Part shown: one piece after another, positions 52,540 to 64,000 of the stretch | How positions within the stretch are numbered: position 1 is the stretch's first letter | Layout: each line of letters begins with the position of its first letter | Assembly (NCBI RefSeq): GCF_009914755.1 | Contig: NC_060934.1 | From: the human T2T-CHM13v2.0 reference genome, Homo sapiens | Strand: one strand, 5' to 3' | DNA length: 64,000 bases | Position numbers and translations under genes: made by a program | The notes under the pieces: generated by a model | What the model was told of the DNA's origin: nothing | The model's database searches: none | Seen by the model: only the letters and a program-made list of their open reading frames with translations

Positions 52540-52905
52540 GCACAATAGCCCAGTGGTTAGGTTCAGACAGACACTGGCATCCAGTCATCTGGGTTTGCAT
52601 CCCCATCCCACAGAGTGGCGCCTTGGACAAGTGATTCCACCACTTAGAACCTTGGTTTGCTCATCTGCAAACTGGGAAGACCATTCTCAGCTTGCATGGC
52701 TACTGGAAGAATGAAATGGGAAAGTGAATTCATGAAGCCCCTGCAAATCCTAGCATACAGCAGATGTTCAAGCAGTGCCCTCCTGCTCCCATCCCAGCCT
52801 CCAAAGGTAGAGGCAGGAGGCTTGGGTGTCCCTCTCTCTCCCTGGGTGACTTGGGCAAATCATTGGACCTCTCTGGGCCTCAGTTGCCTCATCTGTAAAA
52901 TGCAG
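52540..52905 (+). mobile_element. Two MIR SINEs
   Basis: atagcccagtggttagg...ctgggtttgcatccc...ccttggacaag; gtgacttgggcaaat...ctctctgggcctcagttgcctcatctgtaaaatg. Confidence 0.75.
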
Positions 52906-53329
52906 AAAACCACAGCAGGAGCCGAGCCTTTGTTTTCTTCACTCCACCAGGGAAATCAGAGGCAGGGAGTTTTCAGAGCACAGCCCTTCCATGGATCCAG
53001 GTGCCGGCTGAGCCTGTCCTCACAGGGGATCCGTGGTCCATCTCAGGGAACAGTTCAAAGAGTGCAATTCCCCAGCAAGCTCTTGAATCCTCATCAGCCC
53101 AGGAAAAAAAGGGGCTGTACTGGAGCAAGTTTGCATGTAAGTAAAGAGCGACCATGAGCAGCAAGACCATTTAAGCATGGCAGTACCCAAGGGTGGGCAC
53201 GGAGGGCTCTTCCCAGGGAGTTACAGAGAGTGCTGGCCTCTATCACTAGACACCCCCTAAATTCAGGGATTGTGGCCCTTCCCTGGGGGCTCCCCTCCCA
53301 CATCCTCTGAGCCCCCCACTGCCATGGCC

Positions 53330-53780
53330 CAAGGTCAGCCATTATCTCCCTCCTAGATGTCCACACCAGCCCTGCCTCCAACCCATTCTCCACCCTCAGC
53401 AGAGAAACCCTCCAAGAGTCATGTCTGTCCATGTCACTCTTGCCACATGTCACTCTGAAGCCACTCAGCAGCAACCCACTTGGCTCACAGTCAAGGCTAA
53501 CCTCTCCCCGGTGGCATAAGGACCCTTCACAGTCAGGGCCAGGCCTCTGCCCACCAGTGCACCCTTACCCCTGCCATCCCCTACACCTTCTGAACTGCTC
53601 TCACTTCCTCTAAGACACCAGCCCCCTACCCTAGGCACCTATCTGCCTGTCCATGTGCCCTCATGGCCTGGAATGCCCTCCCTGCCCTGCTGTGTGCCTG
53701 GCCAACTCCTCCAGCTCATCCTCCAAGGCTCTGCTTTGGCACCATCTCCTCCAGGTAGTCCTCCCTGGAGATTCCTCCCC
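53330..53780 (+). mobile_element. L2 fragment
   Basis: cagccattatctccctcctagatg...gcctggaatgccctcc...gcctggccaactcctccagctcatcctccaaggctc. Confidence 0.65.
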
Positions 53781-54088
53781 ACATAGGGTTAGGAGACTCT
53801 CCTCTGGAAAAGCCCAGCCCCCACACTATCCCTTCCTCTGTGCTATTTGCACAGGTTGGGGAGGGGGAAGGGAGGACTCAGACCTCCTCAAGATAGCACC
53901 CAGGCCTTTCACCTCATTCAGCTCCCCACATGTGGTGAGGGGCCCCAGTATCTAGCCCACTGCCTGGCTGGAAGGAAGGATTCAGCAGGACCAAGCAGAT
54001 TTTAGTGAAACTGTCCTGCTAGAGAAGGAGGGCCTGGCATCAGGCACTTGGTTGGAAAGAGCTGTGGCTGGGTAGCTTGCCCACATGA

Positions 54089-54881
54089 CACACACACACA
54101 CACCTGCCCTTACACACACATGCACACACATGCACACACACACCTACCCTTACACATGCATACACATATGCAAATAAGGTGTGTACCTGCATACACATAT
54201 CTGCCCTCACACACACACCTGCACATACAACCTGCCCTTACACACACATCTGTATATACACATCTGCCCTCACACGCAACAGCAAATACACACCTGCCCT
54301 CATACACACACCTCCATATACACACTGCCCTTGCACACACACCTGCATACACACATCTGCCCTAATACACACACCTGTATATACACATCTGCCCTCACAT
54401 ACAAACCTGCATATACACACCTGTCCTCTCACACACATCTGCACATACACACCTGCCCTCACACACCTGTATATACACACCTGCCCTCACACATCTGCAT
54501 ATACACATCTGCCCTCATACATGCACCTGCATATACACACCTGCCCTCTCACACACACCAGCCCATACACACCTGCCCTCACATACACCTGCATATATAC
54601 ACACCTGCCCTCATACACACACCTGCATATACATACCTGCCCTCACACATACCAGCACCTACACACCTGCCCTCATACGCCTGCATATACACACCTGCCC
54701 TCATGCACACACCTGCATACACACATCTGCTCTCACACACATACCTACACATACACACCTGCCCTCATACACACACCTGCATATATACACCTGTCTTCAG
54801 TCTGCCTTCACACACACACCTGCACACAACACATCTGCCATCACACACACTTGCACACACATTCACCCCTACACACACACA
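54089..54881. repeat. CA-rich degenerate minisatellite (~28-32 bp; acacctgccctcacacacacctgcatat-like)
   Basis: Alternating ctgccct / ctgcatat subunits separated by (CA)n. Confidence 0.95.
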
Positions 54882-56244
54882 GCCCACCCTTGTCTGGTCA
54901 TTGCTGCATTTTCAATTACAAATGGAGGCTCCTCTAGCAGCTCAGCCACCTCCTAATCAGGCTCTGATTCACTGAAGCACACAGGAACTGAGAGGTTCCA
55001 TCTCCAAGCCGTGGAGACTACAAATGCTCCTCTGTGAACAAAACCAGAGCACCAGCTCGCAGGACACACCCACTTCCACCACTGCTGAGCTGGGGGCTGC
55101 CCTACCACTGCGGAGTTGAACCAGCTCTTCTGCCAGCTCCCAGGTGGGGGCCAACAAAGCTGCTGTGCTCCATCACACAGCCAGGCCTCTCAGAGCAGAC
55201 CCCAAAGCAGCGAATGTGGGCCCGCCAGGCCACAGGCTCTCAGTATGGCAGTCAAGGCAGGCAGAAAAGCTAAGAGAGCGCCCTCAGTAAACGTGGATGC
55301 TGTGGGGAAGGCCACAATGCCATCCACTGTCAGGAGCCAAAATCCCAGGTCAGAGTCTGAGGACGGGGCATAGGGTCGCAGCAGAGGGAGATGGCAGAGT
55401 GGGCAGTGGGCACTGTGGTATAGGGGAAGAAAATTGGGCTGTGGCCACTCAGGTCTGGCTCTACCCTGGTCTGCAGAGTGGTTCAGGACAGCCTTGTCAC
55501 CTCTCGAGCCTCCATGTCAAGACCTAAACCATGGGGACAACAGTAATGGGGTTGCTGGAAGGTACAACGAGACCATGCCATGCCTCTCCAGCCCACAGGT
55601 GGACAGTCCTCCCTCCACAGTGAGGCAGTCAAGAAGAGGAGAGGAGCGAGCCCCCCAACCCACCCCCCATGGCCAGGGACCTTTGCCTCTACCCCTCCTC
55701 AGCCCAGGGAAAGCATCCAGAGTGTCCCTGCAAACACCACACCAGCACCAGTAGTGTCAGACTCCACAGCCTATGAGGCCCTGCTTCCCCTGAGCCAGGT
55801 GAACATCAGTTGACAGCGATGGCTCTGAAGCCAGACACCCTCTCCCGCCTCTGTCTCAGGCTGCTAGCAGGGACTTCCTGGATGGCATGCTGAGGATCGC
55901 CCTGCACATGACACTCATGGTGAAGCCCTGCGGTGACATGCTTGCCTAAACCAAATGTGACATTCTTAATGACCCACAAAGAGGATGCAGCCAGGGAGAC
56001 TCCAGCCACCGCCTGTCACAGAAACAAAAGGCGCAGCTTCTCATCAACATGCTGTTTAAATGCCCCAGCCCAGGGCCCCTGCCGACTGGGTCAACAACAC
56101 AGGAACCCTGTGCCACCTCCAAGAGACCAGCACTGTGCCCACCACCTGGCCTGCAGTAATAATAACCATATGTCAGCACGCCCACACAGGGCTTCCAGGA
56201 TGCCAGACCCTGCTCTGAGATATGTACCGGAGATGAGGGCGCAG

Positions 56245-56785
56245 CTGTAGGTGCTGGTGTTGGCATGGCTGTAGGTCTAGGAATAGGTACAGATTAGATG
56301 TAGGAATAGGAATAGGAGTAGAAATAGGTCAAGGCATAGATTCGATATATGGTAAGTCCTTACTTAACATCACTGATAGGACTTTAAGTGAAACAATGTA
56401 TAATGGAAACCAAATTTTTTTCTCATCAACATTGTAATGAAAAGACGTTTGAGCAAAACCGTATTTGAGAACCTGCTGTACATTGTTTTGCTTAAAGTTT
56501 CCAATAACTTATCAACAACATTAAGCAAGAACTTATTGTAGATGTGGGTTTAGGTCTAGAAATTGGTATAAGTATAGGTGAGATGTAGATACAGATATAG
56601 ATTTAAATTAGATGTCGGGATAGGGATAGGGATGGGGATAGGGATACGTTAGATGTAGGCTGTAGGTGTAGGTATAAGTAGAGGTTAGAGGTAGCCTGTA
56701 GGTATAGGTATAGGTAGAGAGAGGTATAGATGAGGCATAGATATAGGTGCATAGGTATATAGAAGTGTAGATGTATAGTTATAGG
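56245..56785. repeat. Degenerate hexamer (TAGRTR-like) microsatellite split by MER6
   Basis: Recurring taggta/tagatg/taggaa on both sides of the MER6. Confidence 0.8.
56350..56538. mobile_element. MER6B/C-like TcMar-Tigger MITE
   Basis: TIRs tggtaagtccttacttaacatcactgatagg / cttatcaacaacattaagcaagaacttattg; TA TSD at 56348-56349 and 56539-56540. Confidence 0.85.
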
Positions 56786-56900
56786 ATCATCTTGTTCCTC
56801 ACCACAACCCTATAAAGGGACAGATATTTACAGATGAGGAAACAAGCATGACGGTGAGCCTGGACCAACCCAGCACTGACCTGAGTGCTGTGCCTTTATT
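56786..56900 (-). mobile_element. MIR SINE
   Basis: tcctcaccacaaccctataaaggg...atttacagatgaggaaaca. Confidence 0.7.
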
Positions 56901-57214
56901 GAGGACCCAGGAAGGACGCCTGAGGGAGCAGCCTGTGTCTCCGTGGGTGGAGATGAGACCGTCTCCATGGCTCCTTCGTCAGCAAAAGATTCCACACTTG
57001 GGCATCTTTCCCTTCCCTGCCTTTTTACTAGGTTTGGGGGAACCACCATGGGCTCCACGAATTCCCTGCGTCCTCCCACGAGTGAGGCCACGAGAAGCCA
57101 GGCAGGAATTTGCAGTACAGGATGCGCTCCACAAATGGCTTCTCCGTGGCATCGCGAGGCAGATAGGAAACACTTCTCAGTGGCTCAGCAAATTGTCAAG
57201 ATCCTGGAATCAGG

Positions 57215-57345
57215 TCAGATAGAGGCAGGATTTCATCATAGTCCTGCCCTGCCATGTGACCGTGAGGGAGTTACCTGCCTTCTGCACCTCACTTTCTCAT
57301 CTGTAAAATGGGACAACAACGGTACCTACCCCAGGGGCAGAGCCT
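57215..57345 (+). mobile_element. MIR SINE
   Basis: ctgcacctcactttctcatctgtaaaatgggacaacaacggtacctacc. Confidence 0.75.
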
Positions 57346-60249
57346 GACAGCTCTCCGCTCTGGGCGCCGGCAGGGTTGACAGCTATCTACTGTGAGTGGG
57401 AAGAAGTCAGCACCCATGCAGAAAACCAGAGGAGCAGAAATCAGGGCCCTCAAGACCCATCCCAGCAGAAAGCCCACTGTGGTATGACCACCACTGCCTG
57501 GGCACCTGCAAGATCCTGGGCCACAGACATGGCCACCTGGTGTTGCTCCTATGAGCCATGCTCTTATAGGCTGGTCAGGGAGGCAGACACGTGACTCCAG
57601 GCAGTGCCGTAGGGACTTGAGGAGCACAGCAGAGCAGGACCCTAAAGGCTGAGAAGGTGAGGTCCAGAAGGATGCACAGGACAGCTCTGGAGGCACGGAA
57701 GTAGATGGAATGCCTGGGCACAGGAGGTCCCGTGGGGAAGGAGCTGCAGGTGAGGCTGGGGTAGAAACAGGACCAGACAGAAAGCAACCTTGTCATATGA
57801 GAAGCCTGAACTGCAGTCCCCAAATTCCCCCCTGTATCCCTGAGGGACTGGAAGTTCCTCTGAGTCAGGTCATTGACTCAATTCTCTCGTAACTAAAAGT
57901 TGGGTGCCTACCTCAAAGCAAGAGATAATCAGGGGAGAGCCCTGGGCACCATTCCTGGTCCCAGTAACGCACCACTTAACTAAAAGCAGCTGCTGCTATT
58001 GTTTTACCAAGTGTCTTCTGCAACAGAGAAAAAAAATGAAAATGAACTACTGCACAGTGCTTGCACTGGCACCCTGGATCAAATGGGCTTGTGCACCAGG
58101 ACCAGTCCTGACATCTCAATACTCAGGCCAACCTGCCACGTTGGGTCCTTACTTCCTAGCCCCAGCCCTGACCACAACCATCAGAGTCCACAGGAGAGGG
58201 CTGGTTGTGCCCCTCCACAGAGCCTTCCCTGAACAGGTGACCGCGTATCCTCGTTTGCCCAGCACAGCCGTTGCACCTGTTCTTTAGTGAAATTATTAAT
58301 TTCACTTTAAAAAGTTTCCCAGTTTAAATGGTTTCTCGGTGGTCAGCCTAACTTCTGAGCCACATGGTTTCAGCCCAAAATTCCTGTTGCCAGAGATTTT
58401 CTGTGGTTTCCTAGACACTCATATCTAGGATGGCAGAAGGTGGCTGGCATCAGGATCACTAGAGGATGTACCCACAAGACTCCAGGAAATTGCTCCTTAG
58501 CCAATAAGGGTCTCTTCCTCCAGCTCCACATGCTCCATGCAGGCCTAGCACCACCCTTCAAGCCTGCCCAGCCCCTGCCATGCTCTGCCTCCACCAAAGA
58601 TGCTTGTTGCAGAGTTGTACCATTGCCTCCTGGGGAAAAGGCAGCAGGAAGATGCCAGGCTGCCCGGCAGAAGCTGAGTCTATGGGCACAAAGTGAGGGC
58701 AGAGACTCACATCTGCCCACCTGCCACATTCCCCACAAGTCAGGATCTCACTGGCCACAAACCTGTTCACCTGCGAGAGCAGAGTTCAGCAGCGAACACC
58801 AAGAGTCCCTCATGTCTCCTGAACAGTAACTCCTCAGCTGGAGCGTTCAGGCATGGCTGACCAAGAACATCCCCAGGGAGCCTGGGAGAGCCCACAGTCT
58901 CCAGTCTCCAGAGACAATAACGGCACCTGCTGTTTGGACAGTGTGTGATCAGTTACAGTTTTGAGGGAGGGGGTTCTCTCTGGCAATGTTCATTCAGCTT
59001 AATATGCCTACAAGTAAGGCTTTTATGAAGCAACCACACTGCTATTCTAGAATGTGGTCAACATCCACTTCAGTAACTTGGTCTTCAGTTGACTCAGAAA
59101 CCAGAAACAAGGTGGAACTCTGTGAGAACCCAGGAGTCCTGCTGAACAGCCGTGCTTGCCTCTCGGTTGCGTTCTGGGGGAAAAGTAGCTTAGTTATGTT
59201 GGAGCCTCCTCAAAGCAGCACCTGGGTCTCTGGGTTCCCTCTCAAACATCACCATTATCACCCCAAACCTCAAAGCGGCAGCACTCAAATTGCCAGATAA
59301 TGTCAATCTGACAGTGGGTGGCCGTCACCTCTTCTTCAGTGTGCAGAGACGGCCAGAGCGCTTCTATGAGCAGGGCCGACTGGCTATGCCAGCCTCATGA
59401 ACACAGCAGGCAGCGCAGGCACCAAGACACCCCACACAAGCATGGGGTGAAGGCTGCAGGAGAACAGAGGCCCCACCACTCCCCAGCACTTAGTGGCCTC
59501 CTGCTCAGCAATAGGACATGGCCCTGGACACAGCTCACCCCACCATGTCTGTCCAGGCTTCTATGTGAACAAAAATATGTGTAGACACCACTGTTCTGCC
59601 TCCCATGCCTCTTCTCCCACTGGGCCCCAAGAGCACAGTCACTAGAGCTACACACTTGAAAGATGGACTCAGAAGATCCCTGTCACTCAAGGTTGGCAGA
59701 CCAATGGACCCCCAGTGCTGGTTGGGAGAGACACAGTGAGGCCCAAAGCATCCTCAACTCTCAAACTGTCTAATGAAGACCAATTAATGCCCAGGAACAT
59801 CAGCCCCAGCCATGAAAAACAGAGGGCTCCAAGAAGCATGAAACTGAGTGAGGAAGAGGGGAAGGGCCTGGAGACCACTGCTGGCAAGGTCATCCCTCAT
59901 GTCATTATCCTAATTGTGAATCCCTGAGAAACAGAACGTCGGCCAGCTGAAGCAGTCATCACCCCTTCAGACCCCTCGGCTGCCCTTGGTGATTCAGCAC
60001 AGGCCAAGCCAAGCTCTGCTACCTCAGCCTCTTCCACCTCTGCTTCCAGGGAACCCAGGATGCTGCCTCTCGGTGGCCCAGCCCCCATGCCCCCAACCGC
60101 CCCGTGCCACTCTCCTAACTGCAGTTGGCTTAATCTTTCTAAAATATGGCTCTGATCTCCCCAGCTCCTGCTTACCAAGCTCTAATGGCTCCTGTAGGGG
60201 GCAGCCACTCATCCATCCTGCCCAGCCTCCCACCCCGATTTTCTTTTGC

Positions 60250-60739
60250 AGAGCCTCCTCCCTCTACTCCTAGTCCATGACTTCTAGTGAGCTGGCCAGA
60301 CGCAGTGGCAGCCCACCCCAACGAAACAGAGTGTCCTACTCACCCCAGTTGGTTCAGGGATGGGCAGCCACCCCAGCTGGGCCAATACTATATCCTTAAA
60401 GCCTTTGCCTGAGCTTTCCAAACAGGGACTCTTACTTGTGCTGAGACTGTGGACACCAAAGACCAGACAAGCTGGAGTTGTGGTGGTTCCTCTTTGTCAT
60501 TGGGTGGGAAGGACATTCCTAAGAGTCAAGCCAATGAGAGAAGAAGAGAAACAAGACACCGCGAGGGAGCAAGAAAGAGAAAGCAAGAGCAGGAGGCGTA
60601 ACCGCTAGATCCAGCCATGCCTGAAGCTAGCCCATCCTTGGACCACTTTGTCATATAAGCTAAAACGAATTCCCTTTTTTACTTAAACAAGTTTAACTGG
60701 TATTTTTATCACTTTCAACAAACAGTCCTGATTAATACA
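60250..60739 (+). mobile_element. MLT1K/L-like LTR
   Basis: ttggttcagggatgggca...ctagatccagccatgcctgaagcta...ttccctttttt...gtcctgattaataca. Confidence 0.75.
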
Positions 60740-60937
60740 TCTCCTCATGCCTGCAAAAATAAGTGGACTCAATTATAGATAAATGAATAATTTTCCTAAA
60801 ACATGGAGCCTAATAAAACTAAGAGGAACTGCAAATTGCTCTTGTGAGCACTGAAGAGGCAGTGCCTCATTCTGGCTGAGAGCGTTGGGGTGCTCCTGGG
60901 GAGGACACATCAAAGCCATCATTTAAAAGATGTTCCC

Positions 60938-61249
60938 GGCCAGGTGCGGTGGCTCATACCTGTAATTCCAGCACTTTGGGAGGCCAAGGAGGCAGATCAT
61001 TTGAGGCCAGGAGTTCGAGGATAGCCTGGCCAACATAGCAAAACTCCATCTCTACTAAAAATAAAAATAAAAAAATTAGCCAAGTGTGGTTGTGCACACC
61101 TATATTCCCACCTACTCAGGAGGCTGAGGCAGGAAAATTGCTTAAACCCAGGAGGCAGAGGTTTCAGTGAGCCAAGATCATGACACTGCACTCCAGCCTG
61201 GGCAACAGAGCAAGACTCTGTCTCAAAAATAAAATAAAATAAAATAAAA
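60938..61249 (+). mobile_element. AluS (Sz/Sx-like) with (AAAAT)n tail
   Basis: Full dimer; TSD-like aaaagatgttcc / aaaatatgttcc. Confidence 0.94.
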
Positions 61250-63204
61250 TATGTTCCAGGTAAGAGAGCCACAAAGATAAAGCATGAAAGACCATGATAT
61301 GTTTGGGAGAAATAGGAAGTAGTATGAACAATAAGGCAAGAGGCAGTTGTGGAAAGCCAAGAATGAGTCAGCTTGGATCATGAGGTGAGGGTCTTTTCCC
61401 ACTGTTAATGAACCTAGGCTTTGTTTAATAGACCAGCAAGAGAGAACACCTCCTCAGGCCACAATGCACCCCTGAAACCCAGGACAGAGAGCTGTCCTGG
61501 AGAGGAAGCGGCCCAGGGCAGCAGTGAGATTCTGACAGTCCAGGTCCCAGTCCCTGAAAGGCTCAAAGGGAGGAGCAGCAAAGCTCCAGGTCCCAAGAGC
61601 TTCCCAGGACCAGGACAGCTTGTGAAGATCCTGGAAGTCTGCGCTGCTCTGCTCCCAGCAGCTCTGAGCCCCCAGAGAGTGTGGCCACCATGGGCCACAG
61701 GCACAAGGCCCAGGGACAAAGCAGAGAAGGGGACCTGTGGCGGGGGGTGGAAAGCAGAGCCCAGAGGGCCTCCAGATCCACAGCGCGGTGCACAGAGCAC
61801 ACAACAAGAGGCAGGAAGGGGATGAGACCCCCACTTTCCATCCCCATTGACCTCCATCCCCACTGACTCCTCGCCCTAGCCTGGCCCTAGACTTTGGCCC
61901 AGAGACCATGTTAGGACCAGGCTAGAGGAAGGGAAGCTGAGGAGCCCAGGGAAAGCAGAAATGAGTCACTCCCAGGGAAGGCACAGGCTGAGTGAGAGGG
62001 ACTCCCCAACCCCGGGCAGTACCAGGCTCACCCCACAGCAGCCTCGCCAGTACCAGCCCTGCCTCAGCCCAGGGGCACAGCACAAGACTCTCACTCAGCC
62101 TTTGGGCTTCAGCACAGGCCATCCACCTCCAGGAAGCCCTCCAGACACCTTCTCCTGAATGTTGGGCTGCCCTGGGCTGCTGTCCCCAACACCACTCTCT
62201 CTGTTCATCTCAGCTGGTGCAAGATCACACAGCGCTAAGTCTCTGTTTCTGTGTTGGTTCCCCCACCAAACAGAGAGCTCCGTGGGAATGAGTACCACAT
62301 CAGCTCATCTCCAAGGCTGATGCGAAGTGACCATTCCATCAATGCTAGCACCATGCCCTGAGCCCATGACACACGGACACAGCACAGCAAGGTCTGGGGC
62401 GGGGGCAGGTGGCAGCAATTCAACATGCGGCCCTGATCGAGGGGTTATCATGCCCACCTGACAGAGGAAATCAAGGGCAAGTTACCCAGCCAGGGCCCTT
62501 TGAGAAGGACTCAAACCCAGGCCAGTCTGATTCTCAAGCCAGGGCCTATTCCTCTCCTTCACTGTCATCATCACCTGGAGTCTGGGGCTGCCAGCCCTGG
62601 AAACCTGAGCAGAGGAGGCACTGGGGCCCACACACAGGGTCAGGGAAGCCCCTCCACAGACACCCTCCAGGTCAGGCCCACGACAGAGGCTGCAGGCTTG
62701 TGCAAGAAAAAGCACGCACGCCCCAGCACAGACTCAGGGGAACCTGACCAAGGGGAGAAGCCACAAGGGCGCCACCTCTAGGCTCTGCCTCCAGCCCTGC
62801 TTCCTGCTTTGGGAAGGATGGCACATCCGCAGGCCTCAGAGCTGCAGGAAGCTCTTCTTTGCTCACCTGCAAGCTTCATTTCAGGAGATTGTCAGGACTG
62901 ACAGCAGCCAAGATGCACAGGGTGACATTTCCCTGTTGGGAAAATGGATTCCCCTTTTGCCCTGCAGCCACATGCCCTAGGGAAGCATCACCATGCCGGG
63001 AAGAAAGTCTCAGTTCTCAGGAAGAGCAGCTCCTACAGCAATTGTTGGTAAACTGGAGTTGAGCTCACAGATAAGCGTCGCCCCTGGCACCTCCTCTGGT
63101 CCCATGGAGCAAACAGCAATCTGCTGCCCTGAGGCTGGGGAGGGGTCCCCCTGTACCTCCCTTCACCCCTGCCTTCCTCCCTCTCTTCAGGGCCAAGGCA
63201 TTTC

Positions 63205-63486
63205 CGTGTGTGCATGTGAATGTGAGGAGTGTGGCTGTGTGTGCAAGTGTGGGTGAGTGTGAGTGTGGATGTGGGTGGGTGGGTGCGAGTGTGGGCAGGT
63301 GTGAGTGTCGGGAGTGGGTGTGAGTGTGACGGTGTCTGTGGGTGTGTGTATGCAAGTGTGGGTGTGAGTGTGGATGTTAACGTGAGTTTGTGTGGGACTG
63401 TATATGTATGAGTGTGTGAGTGTGGCAGATGTGAGTGTGGAATGTAGCTCTGTGAGTGTGGGTGTGAGTGAGGGTGTCTGTGTGAA
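63205..63486. repeat. TG-rich degenerate repeat (gtgtgagtgtgg[g/a]t-like)
   Basis: Direct reading. Confidence 0.9.
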
Positions 63487-64000
63487 GAGATGGATGGGGG
63501 CAGATGGATGGGCCCTTGTGAAAAGAAAGCCAACTGGGCCTGGACTCTACGAAAATCACAGACCTCAGACTCCCAGAGGCCCTGCTGCAGACCCAGTCTC
63601 TCACTCCTGAGCCTGGCACCATGCCCAGCCCAGAGCTGTGTCCTGTGCCCTAGCTGTGCCGGCGCTGCCTCTGCCCAACCCATGTGCCATTGCAGGTTAT
63701 TGTGGGAGGGTCTCAAGAAGCCCAGGGTCTTCCTCGAGCTCCAACCTTTCCCAGCTTTGTTATCACTCCTTCTTTCTTTCCCTGTGGCCCATGCAGGGCT
63801 GCCATGGCTGGGGGGCTACACACTCCAATGCCAGGGAGGGAGAAGGAGCCATCGCCTACCTCCCCATGTCTTTCCCTGGCCCAGGCGTGCCAGTCACTGA
63901 GACTTGAGGAGAAGGGCCCCCACACTGCTCAGGCCCCTGCAGCTACCCCCACAAGCTGACTATCAAAGCCCCAGAGGAACTTCCTAGCGCCAGCAATGCC

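Noticed and set aside
54179-54975. 252 and 264 aa His/Thr-rich ORFs
   Set aside because: Artefacts of a stop-poor CA minisatellite, open in several frames.
59325-59400. Possible coding exon after ctcttcttcag (VQRRPERFYEQGRLAMPAS*)
   Set aside because: No partner exons or recognisable homology; acceptor-like sequences are common.
62769-62782. CTCF-like cctagaggtggcgc (minus strand)
   Set aside because: Only 11/14 match to the consensus; expected by chance at this GC content.
63033-63716. 227 aa ORF
   Set aside because: Largely a translation of the TG/CA repeat; no recognisable domain.

Overview
This is hominid (human-like) genomic DNA: it carries Alu, L1PA3-like and SVA elements in a GC-rich background dense in MIR and L2. 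I found no credible host exon, RNA gene, CRISPR array or prokaryotic system, so the window looks intronic or intergenic, and I could not identify the locus. The ORF track reflects chance ORFs, simple-repeat ORFs and L1 remnants. Well-supported content: (1) a complete MSTA MaLR provirus (7856-10498, TSD GGGTC) nested in an MLT1 LTR and carrying two Alus; (2) a 5'-truncated SVA with TSD (21121-21930); (3) a ~9.6 kb AT-rich nest of old L1M elements (41.3-50.9 kb) containing an antisense L1PA3-like copy, two MLT1s, two Alus, an L1MB 3' end, and a 4x70-bp tandem amplification of the L1 ORF2 start; (4) MER5, MER6, LTR33 and L3 relics; (5) several minisatellites and local duplications. The best functional candidates are non-coding: an orphan CpG-island-like segment with a motif-rich AT core (~33.4-34.1 kb), several AT-rich TF-motif clusters outside repeats, and two CTCF-like motifs. 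These are inferences from motifs only. I did not find evidence for a new biological system. Boundaries of old repeats and all subfamily calls were made by eye and are approximate.
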